Part shown: piece by piece, positions 21,181-31,299 of the stretch
Position numbering within the stretch: position 1 is the stretch's first letter
Layout of the letters: every line of letters starts with the position of its first letter
Origin: an uncultured delta proteobacterium
GTDB taxonomy: Bacteria > Myxococcota > Myxococcia > Myxococcales > Myxococcaceae
Direction: 5' to 3'
Assembly (NCBI GenBank): GCA_963796055.1
Contig: CAWCKH010000004.1
Span: 1,440,001-1,504,000, forward strand
Length of the DNA stretch: 64,000 bases
Notes under the pieces: model-generated
What the model saw: only the letters and a program-made list of their open reading frames with translations
Told to the model about the DNA's origin: nothing
The model's database searches: none
Position numbers and translations under genes: made by a program

Positions 21181-22161
21181 ATGGGCCCGGAGTTCCAGCT
21201 CATCGAGACCTTCGTGGCCGCGGCCCGCGCCTCGCCGCGCACACCCGCCGGTCCGGGGGACGATGCCGCGGTGCTGCCGCGTGGCCGGGGCGAGACCTGC
21301 GTGACGGTGGACGCGGTGGTCGAGGGCGTGCACTTCCAACGCGCGAGCAGCCGCCTCGAGGACGTGGGGCACAAGTCGCTGGCGGTGAACCTCTCCGACC
21401 TCGCGGCGATGGGAGCGAGGCCCCGCTGGGCGCTGGTGGCGCTGGGCGTTCCGCGCGGCTTCGCGCTCCGGGAGGCGCGGGCGCTCGGGGCGGGGTTCGG
21501 CGCGCTCGCCCGGGCGACCGGCACCGCGCTGGTGGGTGGCAACGTGACCCGTGCGCCGGGGCTGTCGCTGACCGTCACCGTCGGTGGAGAGGTTCCCCCT
21601 GGGCGCGCCCTGCTCCGCTCGGGAGCCCGTCCCGGCGAGGTGGTGTGGGTGTCCGGCACGCTCGGGGACGCCCGGCTCGGCCTGGCGTTGCTGGAACGCC
21701 CCGCGGGGCCCGAGGCCCGGAGGTTGCGGCGTGCGCCGACCCTCGCCCGTGCGGCGATGGCCCGGCAGCGGCGGCCCTCGGCGCGGCTCGCGCTCGGAGC
21801 GGGGCTCGTCGGCCTCGCATCCTCATGCATCGACCTGAGCGACGGGCTGGTGCAGGACGCCGGGCACGTCGCGGCGGCGAGCCGGGTCGCGATGTACCTC
21901 GTGCCGGAGGCGCTGCCGTGCTCGGTCGCGCTCGAGGCCGCGGTTCCGGACGCGGAGGAACGCCTCCGGCTGGCCGCGGCCGGTGGAGAGGACTACGAGC
22001 TGCTCTTCACCGCGCCACCCCACCGGCGGTCCGCCATCCTCCGACTCGCCCGCCGGCTCGGCCTGCGCCTCACGCCCATCGGCGAGGTCCGTCGTGGCCG
22101 GGGCGTCCGGGTGAGGGGCGCCCGGCCGGAGAGCCTCGGCGGCTTCGACCACCTCGCCTGA
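21181..22161 (+). CDS. thiL: Thiamine-monophosphate kinase
   Basis: EFQLI, GDDAAV, EGVHF, VNLSDLAAMGA, IDLSDGL, GGEDYELLF. Confidence 0.95.
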   Translation: MGPEFQLIETFVAAARASPRTPAGPGDDAAVLPRGRGETCVTVDAVVEGVHFQRASSRLEDVGHKSLAVNLSDLAAMGARPRWALVALGVPRGFALREARALGAGFGALARATGTALVGGNVTRAPGLSLTVTVGGEVPPGRALLRSGARPGEVVWVSGTLGDARLGLALLERPAGPEARRLRRAPTLARAAMARQRRPSARLALGAGLVGLASSCIDLSDGLVQDAGHVAAASRVAMYLVPEALPCSVALEAAVPDAEERLRLAAAGGEDYELLFTAPPHRRSAILRLARRLGLRLTPIGEVRRGRGVRVRGARPESLGGFDHLA

Positions 22162-22253
22162 GCCGCCGCTCGTCAGGTCGCTCGCTCAGCAAACGTGGAA
22201 GCGCCAGGCTCCGCGCAAGCGCTGGTCAAGTGTGCGCAACGACAAGGATTTCA

Positions 22254-22293
22254 GAGGTGCCAGACACCTCGTTACGGACACCTCGTTACGGGC
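22254..22293. repeat. Palindromic REP-like element, copy 2, with tandem 14-nt duplication
   Basis: GAGGTGCCAGACACCTCGTTACG followed by a second GACACCTCGTTACG and GGC; matches 1433-1458. Confidence 0.75.
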
Positions 22294-22429
22294 ACGGCTA
22301 CCTCGCGACGGCACCGCGTTCCGGTGGGCCTCCGGTGCAGGACAGGGTCCGTGGGGGCGTCTCCGCCGCCCTCACCCGGCCCGCCGCTTCTGCTCCCGTC
22401 GAGGAACCCGGCGACTAAGCTTCGCCGGC

Positions 22430-23449
22430 GTGAAATACCTGGTGACCGGCGGGGCGGGCTTCATCGGCTGTAACGCAGCACGGCGGTGGATGGAGCGCGG
22501 ACATGAGGTGGTGGTCCTCGACGACCTCTCGCGCCGCGGGGCGGAGAGCAACCTCACCTGGCTGAAGACCCAGGGCCGCTTCGCCTTCGAGCGCGTCGAC
22601 ATCCGCGACCCCGGGGCGCTCGACGCCGCCCTCGCCCGTCACCGCGACACGCAGGTGGTCCTCCACCTCGCCGCGCAGGTGGCGGTCACCACGTCGGTGA
22701 GCGAGCCGCGCCACGACTTCGAGGTGAACGCGCTCGGGACCTTCAACCTGCTCGAGGCGGCGCGCCGCCACATCCGGTCCGCCGCGTTCCTCTACGCGTC
22801 GACCAACAAGGTCTACGGCGGTCTCGAGCACGTGGGCGTCGAGCAGCGGCAGGGCCGGTATGCCTTCCGCGACCGGCCGCACGGCATCTCCGAGACCGAG
22901 CCGCTCGACTTCCACTCGCCCTACGGCTGCAGCAAGGGCGCCGCCGACCAGTACGTCAGGGATTACGCGCGCATCTACGGCCTGCGCACCGTGGTGTTCC
23001 GGCAGTCGTGCATCTACGGGTGGCGCCAGTTCGGCGTCGAGGACCAGGGCTGGGTGGCCTGGTTCACCATCGCCGCGGTCACCGGAAAGCCGGTCACCAT
23101 CTACGGGGACGGACGCCAGGTGCGCGATCTCCTGTTCGTCGACGACCTCTGCGACGCGTACGACGCCGCAGTCGAGCGGATCGACCGGGCCAGCGGCCAG
23201 GTCTTCAACCTCGGAGGTGGCCCGGAGAACACGCTGTCGCTCCTCGAGCTGGTGGAGCAGCTGGATCGACTCGTCGGCCGCCCGCTCCGCCCGGCATTCG
23301 CCGACTGGCGCCCGGGGGACCAGCCGGTCTTCATCGCCGACGTCTCCCGCGCCGAAGAGACCCTCGGATGGCGTCCACGCACCGGCGTGACCGAAGGGGT
23401 CCGCCTGCTCGCCGGCTGGGTCCAGGAAAACCGAGAGCTCTTCGACTGA
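22430..23449 (+). CDS. NAD-dependent nucleotide-sugar epimerase, CDP-paratose 2-epimerase (RfbE/Tyv)-like
   Basis: [50 protein letters not shown]. Confidence 0.9.
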   Translation: MKYLVTGGAGFIGCNAARRWMERGHEVVVLDDLSRRGAESNLTWLKTQGRFAFERVDIRDPGALDAALARHRDTQVVLHLAAQVAVTTSVSEPRHDFEVNALGTFNLLEAARRHIRSAAFLYASTNKVYGGLEHVGVEQRQGRYAFRDRPHGISETEPLDFHSPYGCSKGAADQYVRDYARIYGLRTVVFRQSCIYGWRQFGVEDQGWVAWFTIAAVTGKPVTIYGDGRQVRDLLFVDDLCDAYDAAVERIDRASGQVFNLGGGPENTLSLLELVEQLDRLVGRPLRPAFADWRPGDQPVFIADVSRAEETLGWRPRTGVTEGVRLLAGWVQENRELFD

Positions 23450-23452
23450 GGA

Positions 23453-23475
23453 CCCTCCCCTCCGTGTGGGGAGGG
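23453..23475. terminator. Hairpin directly after the epimerase stop
   Basis: CCCTCCCC-tccgtgt-GGGGAGGG perfect 8-bp stem. Confidence 0.5.
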
Positions 23476-23684
23476 GTGTTCCCCGGCGTACGCCCAGCGT
23501 CCGGAATGTGAAATCCGGTCCGTCCTACGCCAGAATCGCCCGCCGAATGGCCCTGGTGCCCCCGCCGACCCGCAACGGAGCGGTCCGCCGCTCCGTGCTG
23601 GACGAATTTCCTGCAGTCCGGACGAGCCGGCGCCCCGCCCCGGTCCGCAAGCTGGCGACGGTCCTCGACGAGCGGAGCCAGCCG

Positions 23685-24935
23685 GTGTCGCTGTCGCTGC
23701 AGACCAAGATCCTGGTCTCGCACTTCCTGCTGGCGATGGTGCTGGTGGGCGCCCTCCACCTGGTCCGCAATGCCAGCTGGCCGCTCCAGGCGCTGGCCGC
23801 CGCGGGGCTCACCCTGGTCCTCGCGCTCCTGCTGCCGGCGGTGCTGGCCCGCGTCTCGCGCCTGCGCTCGCTGAGCCGGAGCGCGCTCGACATCTCGCGC
23901 GGCGACCTGGTCTCGCCGGTGTCCACCGACCCGAGCCTCGGGCGCGACGAGATCGACGAGCTCACCACCGCCATCGGCAACATGCAGGAGAACCTGCGCG
24001 AGCTGGTGGGCCACATTCAGCACACCGCGGCCAGCGTGGCCGACTCGGCCAACGAGCTGCAGCGTTCGGCCGAGAACGTCAACGCCGCCACCACCGAGGT
24101 CGGCACCTCCATCCGGAAGATCGCCCTCGGCGCCGGCACCCAGTCGGACCTGGTCGCCAAGGCCCAGAAGGTCATCGGGGAGATGGCGGGCAGCATCCAG
24201 CGCACCGCGCTCTCCGCCGAGGACGCCGCGCTCGCCGCCGGCGAGACCTCGGTGGCCGCCGAGCAGGGCAGCAAGGCGGCCCGTCTGGCCGGCGAGAAGG
24301 TGAACAAGGTCTTCAGCCGGGTGGAGAGCGCCAGCCACGAGGTCTTCGCCTTCGGGGAGAAGACCCAGGAGATCTCCAAGATCGTGGACGTCATCACCCA
24401 GGTGGCCCAGCAGACGAACCTCCTGGCCCTCAACGCCACCATCGAGGCCGCCCGGGCCGGCGAGTACGGCCGCGGCTTCGCGGTGGTGGCCGACGAGGTG
24501 CGAAAGCTCGCCGAGTCCGCGGGAAAGAGCGCCGAGCAGATCAGCAAGCTCGCCCGTGACATCTCCGGCCAGTCCACCGCGGTGGTCTCGGCGATGAAGC
24601 AGGGCATCGAGGAGCTCAGCGAGGGCCGCGAGGATCTCGGCACCATCGTCCGCTCGATGGGCAGCATCACCGACACCGCCCGCAAGGGTGCGGAAAAGGT
24701 TCACCTCATCAGCCAGAGCGCCCGCGAGCAGCTGGCCGGCAGCGAGGAGATGGTGAAGGCGGTGGGGGAGATCTCCGAGGTGGCGGAGGCCAACGCCAGC
24801 TCCACCGAGGCCGCCAGCGGCATCATCGAGGACCAGACCGCCGCGGTGGCCCGCATGACCTCCGCAGCGCAGGAGCTGAACAACCTCAGCCTCGAGCTGC
24901 AGAGCGTGGTCCGCCGCTTCCGGCTCGGGTCGTGA
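23685..24935 (+). CDS. difA: Methyl-accepting chemotaxis protein, DifA-like (2 TM, very short periplasmic loop, HAMP); alternative ATG at 23547
   Basis: [46 protein letters not shown] motif. Confidence 0.9.
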   Translation: MSLSLQTKILVSHFLLAMVLVGALHLVRNASWPLQALAAAGLTLVLALLLPAVLARVSRLRSLSRSALDISRGDLVSPVSTDPSLGRDEIDELTTAIGNMQENLRELVGHIQHTAASVADSANELQRSAENVNAATTEVGTSIRKIALGAGTQSDLVAKAQKVIGEMAGSIQRTALSAEDAALAAGETSVAAEQGSKAARLAGEKVNKVFSRVESASHEVFAFGEKTQEISKIVDVITQVAQQTNLLALNATIEAARAGEYGRGFAVVADEVRKLAESAGKSAEQISKLARDISGQSTAVVSAMKQGIEELSEGREDLGTIVRSMGSITDTARKGAEKVHLISQSAREQLAGSEEMVKAVGEISEVAEANASSTEAASGIIEDQTAAVARMTSAAQELNNLSLELQSVVRRFRLGS

Positions 24936-25408
24936 GCGGTTCCGGCAGCTCGGCGCCGCGAGGTGGGACGGCATCCGACCGCGGGCCCGTCCAGCACGTC
25001 GTCTTCCTGGTGGACTCCGCGCGCTACGCCCTGCCGCTGAGCGCGGTGAGCCAGGTGGTGGTCCTGCCGGAAGGACTGGTGCGGGTGCCGCGGGCGCCCG
25101 CCCCGGTGCTGGGGGTGGTGAACCTCCGTGGACGGGTGGTCACGGTGGTCGACTTCCCGCTGCTCCTCGACCTGCCCCGCCCGGTGCAGCCCCAGCGCAA
25201 GCTGATCCTCCTCGAGCGGGGACGGCGCGACCTGGCGCTCAGCGTCACCGACGTCGAGGGCTTCGAGACCGTGGACAAGGTGTCAACGCAGCCACGCGAG
25301 TCACGTGCCCCGGTGCGAGGGGTGACCCGGGTCAAGGGTGTGGCGGTGACGGTGCTGGACGCGGATGCGCTCGACGTCGCGGTGACACACCTCTTCGACC
25401 GCGGCTAA
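24932..25408 (+). CDS. cheW: CheW coupling protein (DifC-like)
   Basis: [25 protein letters not shown]. Confidence 0.92.
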   Translation: MSGSGSSAPRGGTASDRGPVQHVVFLVDSARYALPLSAVSQVVVLPEGLVRVPRAPAPVLGVVNLRGRVVTVVDFPLLLDLPRPVQPQRKLILLERGRRDLALSVTDVEGFETVDKVSTQPRESRAPVRGVTRVKGVAVTVLDADALDVAVTHLFDRG

Positions 25409-25439
25409 CATCTCGCAGGACCGCAGTCCCCCCCGGACC

Positions 25440-25817
25440 ATGCCGAAGCGAGTGCTGATCGTCGACGACGCGGTGTTCATGCGGAACATGATCCGCGACA
25501 TCTTCAGCTCCGGTGGGTACGAGGTGGTGGGCGAGGCCGCCCACGGCATCGAGGCCATCGAGAAGTACCGGACCCTGAAGCCCGACCTCACCACGATGGA
25601 CATCGTGATGCCGTACAAGAGCGGCATCGAGGCCACCCGGGAGATCGTCAAGGGGGACCCGAAGGCGGTGGTGGTGATCTGCTCCGCGCTCGGTCAGGAG
25701 TCGCTGGTGATGGAGGCGATCGAGGCCGGCGCCGCGGACTTCATCGTCAAGCCGTTTCGTGCCGAGGACGTCCTCGCGGTGGTGACGAAAGTCCTGGGCG
25801 AGACGCCCAAGGTGTAG
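25440..25817 (+). CDS. cheY: CheY response regulator (DifD-like)
   Basis: VDDAVFMR, TMDIVMP, CSALGQ, FIVKPF. Confidence 0.95.
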   Translation: MPKRVLIVDDAVFMRNMIRDIFSSGGYEVVGEAAHGIEAIEKYRTLKPDLTTMDIVMPYKSGIEATREIVKGDPKAVVVICSALGQESLVMEAIEAGAADFIVKPFRAEDVLAVVTKVLGETPKV

Positions 25818-25837
25818 CCCTGGCAGCCACGCTCGAC

Positions 25838-27736
25838 ATGTCCCGCTACCTCGGGCTCTTCGTGGCCGAGGCCTCCGAGCACCTCGAGGCGCTGGGGCGG
25901 GATCTGGTGTCGCTGGAGGGGACTCCGGCCAGCGAGACGGTGGACTCGCTGTTCCGCCACGCCCACTCGGTGAAGGGTATGGCCGCCTCGATGGGCCTCG
26001 AGCCCATCGCCCAGCTCGCGCACCGGGTGGAGGATCTGGTCGACGTGGCCCGCCGGGTCCCCGGGGCTCTGGGGCGCGACCGGGTGGATTTGTTACTGGT
26101 CGCCACCGACGCGATGCTCGCCCTGGTCCGGGGCACCGGCGAGGGGAACGTGCCCGCGCCCCAGCCCGAGCTGCTGGGCCGTCTCGGCGAGGCGGTCACC
26201 GCGCTCACCGGCGAGGCGCCCCGGCCAACCAAGGTGGCGCGGGTGGACCCGCTGGCGAAGACCCGCGAGCCGCTCGGCACCGGGAGGTTCGAGGTCCGCT
26301 TCCGGATTCTCCCTGCCGCGCAGAGCCCGGGGCCGCGGGCCTTCCTGGTCTACAAGAAGCTCACCGGTCTGGGCACGGTGACGCAGCTCCGCCCCCCGCT
26401 CGAGGACCTGCGCGCCGGCGCCATCCCCGACGGACGGGTGGCGCTGGTGCTCGAGACCGAGGGTGGCCTGGAGCCCGTGCGCGCGGCCCTGGCGCTGGTC
26501 CCGGAGGTCGAGCTGGTCTCCGCCGAGCCGGTCGCCGAGGCGCCGCCGCCGGAACCGCCCGCAGCCGCTGCCGCGGCCGAGCCGGCGCGCACGGTGCGTG
26601 TTCGCACCGAGCTCCTTGACGACTTCCTGGAGATGGCCGGGGAGCTGCTCCTGGCCACCGCCCGCCTGCGAGACATCGGCCGCCGCTTCCCCGAGCACGA
26701 GCGCCCCGCGCTGGATGAGGGCGTGGACCGGCTGCACGCCCTGGTGAAGGACCTGCACGGCAAGGTGATGGGCGCGCGGATGACGCCGGTGGCGGTGGTG
26801 ACCGACCAGCTGCCCCGCGCCGCCCGCGACCTCGCCCGCAAGCGTGGCAAGGACGTGGAGGTCACGGTCACCGGGGCGGAGATCGAGATCGACCGCGCCA
26901 TCCTCGACGCCATCGCCGAGCCGCTGCTCCATCTCTTGCGCAACGCCGTGGACCACGGCATCGAGTCCCCGGATGCACGGGTGGCCGCGGGCAAGCCTCC
27001 CCGGGGGCGGCTGGGCATCTCGGTCCGCCGCACCCGCGAACGGGTGGTGCTCGAGCTCGAGGACGACGGTCGGGGCATGGACCCGGAGAAGCTCCGCGCC
27101 GCGGCGGTGGCCCGGGGGAAGCTGCGCCCCGAGGCCGCCTCGCGCCTCTCCACCCGCGACGCCCTGCTCCTCGCCTGTCTCCCCGGCGTCTCCACCGCGA
27201 CCGACGTCGACGACGTGAGCGGGCGCGGTGTGGGCATGGACGCGGTGAAGCGCTCGGTCGAGTCGCTGGGCGGGGCGCTGGAGCTGGACTCGCAGACCGG
27301 GCGCGGCACCCGGGTGACGCTGCGACTGCCGCTCACGGTCGCGGTGGTGCAGCTGCTCCTGGTCCGCGCCGGAGGCGAGGTGCTCGGCCTCCCCATCACC
27401 AAGGTGCTGGGGGCGGTGGAGCTGTCCGACGCGGCGCTGCACCGCTCGCCGTCCGCGGACCTCCTCTCCTACGGGCAGCAGCTGGTGCCGGCGCACGATC
27501 TGGCAGGGCTGCTGGACCTCCCGTCCAAACGAGGACCCGGTTCGCGGCCCTGGGTGGTGATGGAGGGCGAGGAGGGCACGGTGGCCCTCGGGGTGGAGGC
27601 GCTGCTCGGACAGGAGGAAGCGGTGCTGAAGGCGCTCTCGCGCCCGCTCGACCGAGTGGCGGGCCTGGCAGGCGTCACCATCCTCGGCAACGGCCGCCCG
27701 GTGTTCATCCTCGACGTGCCACGGCTCCTGGCGTGA
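25838..27736 (+). CDS. cheA: CheA histidine kinase (DifE-like)
   Basis: Hpt FRHAHSVKG, HLLRNAVDHGIE, DDGRG, SGRGVGMD, C-terminal CheW-like domain. Confidence 0.95.
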   Translation: MSRYLGLFVAEASEHLEALGRDLVSLEGTPASETVDSLFRHAHSVKGMAASMGLEPIAQLAHRVEDLVDVARRVPGALGRDRVDLLLVATDAMLALVRGTGEGNVPAPQPELLGRLGEAVTALTGEAPRPTKVARVDPLAKTREPLGTGRFEVRFRILPAAQSPGPRAFLVYKKLTGLGTVTQLRPPLEDLRAGAIPDGRVALVLETEGGLEPVRAALALVPEVELVSAEPVAEAPPPEPPAAAAAAEPARTVRVRTELLDDFLEMAGELLLATARLRDIGRRFPEHERPALDEGVDRLHALVKDLHGKVMGARMTPVAVVTDQLPRAARDLARKRGKDVEVTVTGAEIEIDRAILDAIAEPLLHLLRNAVDHGIESPDARVAAGKPPRGRLGISVRRTRERVVLELEDDGRGMDPEKLRAAAVARGKLRPEAASRLSTRDALLLACLPGVSTATDVDDVSGRGVGMDAVKRSVESLGGALELDSQTGRGTRVTLRLPLTVAVVQLLLVRAGGEVLGLPITKVLGAVELSDAALHRSPSADLLSYGQQLVPAHDLAGLLDLPSKRGPGSRPWVVMEGEEGTVALGVEALLGQEEAVLKALSRPLDRVAGLAGVTILGNGRPVFILDVPRLLA

Positions 27737-27742
27737 GGCGCG

Positions 27743-28330
27743 GTGACCGGGATGCTCGCCCTCGCGGTGCACACCCTCCTCCTCGCCACCCCGGTCCTCT
27801 CCGAGGCAGACCTCAAGGTCGCCGAGCGTCTGGCCTGGCGCGCCGGCGTTCCCAAGGGGGCGCTCGAGTCGCTCTCCTCCGACGTCACCGGGGACGGCGT
27901 TCCGGACGTGGTGCTCCTCACCCGGACGGCGGACCGGCTGGTCCTCTTCGTCGCCGAGGGTCCGGTGTCGCCCGTCGGCCGCTGGTGGCGCGTGGACCTG
28001 CACCGCGGAACGGAGGCGGGGGAGCTCTGCGTGCCGTCCAGCGCGGTCCGCGTCCACGTCGAGGACCACGGCGTCGTCTCCCACGCGCTGGAATGCGACA
28101 GGGAACGGACCGGGGCCTGTCCCACTCCGCAGGGCCGGGCCCTGCGCGTCGAGAGTCCCGCCCCCGGCGGTCGCCCGCGCACCGGCGCCACCGCCGAGAG
28201 CGCTCCGGCCGCTCGCTGTCCGGCCGTGCACGTCTTCTTCGATGGGAGCGACCTCCGCTCCTGGTCCGGGGTCGGCACCGGGGGACGCTCCCCAAGCGCC
28301 AGCATTCCAGCCGACCCGATTGCACCATAG
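27743..28330 (+). CDS. Hypothetical exported protein with an FG-GAP/Ca-binding-like motif
   Basis: Signal-like N-terminus, DVTGDGVPDVV motif, four Cys; fills the gap between cheA and cheC. Confidence 0.6.
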   Translation: MTGMLALAVHTLLLATPVLSEADLKVAERLAWRAGVPKGALESLSSDVTGDGVPDVVLLTRTADRLVLFVAEGPVSPVGRWWRVDLHRGTEAGELCVPSSAVRVHVEDHGVVSHALECDRERTGACPTPQGRALRVESPAPGGRPRTGATAESAPAARCPAVHVFFDGSDLRSWSGVGTGGRSPSASIPADPIAP

Positions 28331-28340
28331 GGTGAGACCC

Positions 28341-28919
28341 GTGCCCGCCGAGCTCACCGAGCCCCAGGCAGACGCGCTCCGAGAGCTGACCAACGTCGCC
28401 GCCGGACACGCTGCCCGTGCGCTCTCCACCCTGCTCAGGGGCGAGAAGTTCGGGCTCTGGCCGCCCCTGGTCCGCCTGCTGGACCACGCGCAGCTCACTG
28501 CGCTCCTCGGCGGGCGGGGAGCGCCGCTGACCTCGGTCAGTGCTGAGCTGCGGGGCGACGTGGGCGGTTGGCTGGCGCTGATCTTCACCGAGCCACACGT
28601 GCAGACCCTCACCTCGCGGCTGCTGGGGGCCGCGGGCCAGCGGTTCCAGACCCCTGAGGTGGCGCTCCGGGACGCGGCGAATCTGGTGTACGCCGCCGCG
28701 CTCGACGCGGTGACCCGGCTGTGCGGGGTGCGCGCGCTGCACTCGGTCCCGGTGGTGGGCGAGGGACCGGCGGAGATGATCGCCCGGATCTGCCTCCCCG
28801 GCGAGCATGGCTGGGTGCTGGAGGCCGAGCTGTACGCCTCCCCGCTCTCGGGCCGCTTCCTGCTGCTGCCCGACGAGGCAGGGCTGTCGACGTTCCTCCG
28901 CGGCCTCAAGATGGCGTAA
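28341..28919 (+). CDS. cheC: CheC-family phosphatase (DifG-like)
   Basis: DALRELTNVAAGHAARALS and a second, weaker motif ALRDAANL; GTG start at 28341. Confidence 0.85.
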   Translation: MPAELTEPQADALRELTNVAAGHAARALSTLLRGEKFGLWPPLVRLLDHAQLTALLGGRGAPLTSVSAELRGDVGGWLALIFTEPHVQTLTSRLLGAAGQRFQTPEVALRDAANLVYAAALDAVTRLCGVRALHSVPVVGEGPAEMIARICLPGEHGWVLEAELYASPLSGRFLLLPDEAGLSTFLRGLKMA

Positions 28920-28934
28920 GCCACACAGCCTCAC

Positions 28935-29699
28935 GTGGACCCCACCCGGCTCCGGAAGCTCCTCGAGGACGTGAAGCGCGGACGCGCCACCGTGGACGAG
29001 GCCGCTCTCGCGCTGGCCGATCTACCCTTCGCCGAGCTGGGCTACGCCACCGTGGACACGCACCGCAGCGTGCGCTTCGGGTTTCCCGAGGTGGTCTACG
29101 GCGAAGGAAAGGCCCCCGAGCAGCTCCTGGGCATCGTGGAGGTGCTGGTGCAACGCAGGCAGCCAGTGCTGGTGACCCGGCTCACCGAGGAGAAGGCGGC
29201 GCCGCTCCTCGCCCGGTGGCCCAAGGCCCGCTGGCACCCGCAGGCTCGCATCTTCCATCTCCCGCAGGGGCGCCTCCGGGCGGGGCGGGTGGCGGTGGCC
29301 TGCGCCGGGACCAGCGACGTCCCGGTGGCCGAGGAGGCCGCGCTCACCGCCGAGGCGATGGGGGCCAACGTCGCCCGGATCTACGACGTGGGGGTGGCCG
29401 GGCTGCACCGCCTCCTGAAGCGCCGGAGCGAGATCCAGCAGGCGCACGTCGCGGTGGCGGTCGCGGGGATGGAGGGCGCCCTGGCCTCCGTCGTCGGCGG
29501 ACTGGTGGGCATCCCGGTGGTGGCGGTGCCGACCAGCGTCGGCTACGGAGCGAACTTCAAGGGGCTCTCGGCTCTCCTCACCATGCTCAACTCCTGTGCC
29601 TCCAACGTCGCCGTGGTCAACATCGACAACGGTTTCGGCGCGGGCTTCTACGCGGCGCTGGTCTCGCGCAGCGTCACCCGGACGGGCAGGGGCCGATGA
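28935..29699 (+). CDS. larB: Nickel-pincer cofactor biosynthesis protein LarB
   Basis: PEVVYGEGK, AGTSDVPVAEEA, DVGVAGLHRL, AGMEGAL, AVPTSVGYG, VVNIDNGFGA. Confidence 0.95.
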   Translation: MDPTRLRKLLEDVKRGRATVDEAALALADLPFAELGYATVDTHRSVRFGFPEVVYGEGKAPEQLLGIVEVLVQRRQPVLVTRLTEEKAAPLLARWPKARWHPQARIFHLPQGRLRAGRVAVACAGTSDVPVAEEAALTAEAMGANVARIYDVGVAGLHRLLKRRSEIQQAHVAVAVAGMEGALASVVGGLVGIPVVAVPTSVGYGANFKGLSALLTMLNSCASNVAVVNIDNGFGAGFYAALVSRSVTRTGRGR

Positions 29700-30871
29700 G
29701 CGCGTCCACGGTCCTCTACCTCGAGCCGGTGGGCGGCATCGCCGGGGACATGTTCCTCGCCGCGATGCTCGATCTCGGGGTGGACCCGGGCGCGCTGGAG
29801 TCCGGGCTGCGCACCCTCGGCCTGGAGGGCTGGGGATTCGAGGCGAGCCGCGCTGTCCGCCAGACGATCGCCGGGGTGCACCTGAACGTCGAGGTCTCGC
29901 CCGAGGTTCCGCACGTGCACCGCGGACTGACCGAGATCCTCGGGCGCATCGAGGCCAGCGCGCTCCCGCCGCGGGCGAAGGCCCAGGCCCGCGCGGTGTT
30001 CGAGGTGATCGGCCGGGCCGAGGCGAAGATCCACGACGTGCCGCTGGAGTCGGTCCACTTCCACGAGCTGGGCGCGCTGGACAGCATCGTCGACGTCTGC
30101 GGCGCGGCCCTGGCCCTGGAGCTGCTCGGGCAACCGGAGTTGGTCTCCGCGCCGCCCCCGCTGGGCAGCGGGATGGTGGAAACGATGCACGGGCGTCTTC
30201 CGGTGCCGGTCCCGGCCACCCTGGAGATCCTCCGCGACATGCCCGTGCGCTTCGAGGGGCAGGGCGAGCTGACCACCCCCACCGGCGCGGCGCTGCTGCG
30301 CGCCCTGACCCGCGCCGGCCCGCCTCCGCCGATGCGCCTGCTGCGGACCGGCTATGGGCTCGGCCGCCGCGAGCTGCCGGACCGCCCCAACGTGCTCCGT
30401 GCCACGCTCGGCATCCCCGTCGAGGCCTCGGCCGGCGAGGTCTGGGAGCTGGCCGTCACCCTGGACGACGCCACCCCTCAGCTGCTCGGGTACCTGGTGG
30501 AGACCCTGCTCGCCCACGGTGCGCTGGATGTCTGGGTGGCGCCGGTGACCCTGAAGAAGAGCCGGCCGGGTCACGTGCTCTCGGTCCTGGTGGCCGCAGC
30601 CGAACGCGAGCGGGTGGTCCGGCGGCTCCTCCGTGAGTCCCCCACGCTGGGAGTGCGGGCCTGGCCGGTCCAGCGCACGGTGCTCGACCGCACCCACGTG
30701 GAGGTGGAGACTGCCCACGGCCCGGTCCGGGTGAAGGTGGGAAGTCTGGGAGGGGAGACGCTGAACGCGGCCCCAGAATACGAGGACGTGCGGGCCCGCG
30801 CCGAGGCGGCCGGCGTTCCCTTCAAGCAGGTGTGGGCCGAGGCCCTGGCGGCGTACGCTCGCCGCCGCTGA
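29696..30871 (+). CDS. larC: Nickel-pincer cofactor nickel insertase LarC
   Basis: GIAGDM, VHFHELGALDSIVD, HGRLPVPVPAT, ELTTPTGAA, KKSRPG, APEYED; single uninterrupted frame. Confidence 0.95.
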   Translation: MSASTVLYLEPVGGIAGDMFLAAMLDLGVDPGALESGLRTLGLEGWGFEASRAVRQTIAGVHLNVEVSPEVPHVHRGLTEILGRIEASALPPRAKAQARAVFEVIGRAEAKIHDVPLESVHFHELGALDSIVDVCGAALALELLGQPELVSAPPPLGSGMVETMHGRLPVPVPATLEILRDMPVRFEGQGELTTPTGAALLRALTRAGPPPPMRLLRTGYGLGRRELPDRPNVLRATLGIPVEASAGEVWELAVTLDDATPQLLGYLVETLLAHGALDVWVAPVTLKKSRPGHVLSVLVAAAERERVVRRLLRESPTLGVRAWPVQRTVLDRTHVEVETAHGPVRVKVGSLGGETLNAAPEYEDVRARAEAAGVPFKQVWAEALAAYARRR

Positions 30872-30912
30872 ACGCTCCGGGGTTCCCTGGAGCCTGACGA
30901 CGGGAGGACGAG

Positions 30913-31272
30913 ATGCCCGAACAGCAGTGGGACGAAAGGCTGCTCGAGTTCGTGAGGAAGACCGGCGAGGACCTCAAGCGCACCGGAGAGGAGCTGCTCG
31001 GCGAGGCCCAGCGCACGCTCGACGAGCTGAGGGATCCGGCGCAGGCGGAGCGTCTGAAGGCCCGTGTGGCCGAGCTGCGCACCTGGGCGAAGTCCAAGTT
31101 CATCGAGGCGCGGGAGCGGGCCGAGGACGCGCTCGGGGTGGAGCGACCGAAGGTGGCACCCACCCGGTCGGCCAAGACCCGCAGACCGGCGGCCAAGAAG
31201 GCCAAGGGCGGCGCCGGGACTACACGGCGCGCCGGCGGAGGCGGCAAGCGGCCAAAGCGCCGTTCACGCTGA
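30913..31272 (+). CDS. Small protein with a Lys/Arg/Ala-rich histone-like tail (possibly FibR-like)
   Basis: GGAGG SD; helical N-terminus and highly basic C-terminus; lies directly upstream of grpE-dnaK. Confidence 0.7.
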   Translation: MPEQQWDERLLEFVRKTGEDLKRTGEELLGEAQRTLDELRDPAQAERLKARVAELRTWAKSKFIEARERAEDALGVERPKVAPTRSAKTRRPAAKKAKGGAGTTRRAGGGGKRPKRRSR

Positions 31273-31299
31273 TCCCGGTCCGCCTCACGTCCGTCACCT

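Noticed and set aside
22254..22293. Possible CRISPR repeat
   Set aside because: Only a 14-nt tandem duplication with no spacers, no array and no cas genes.
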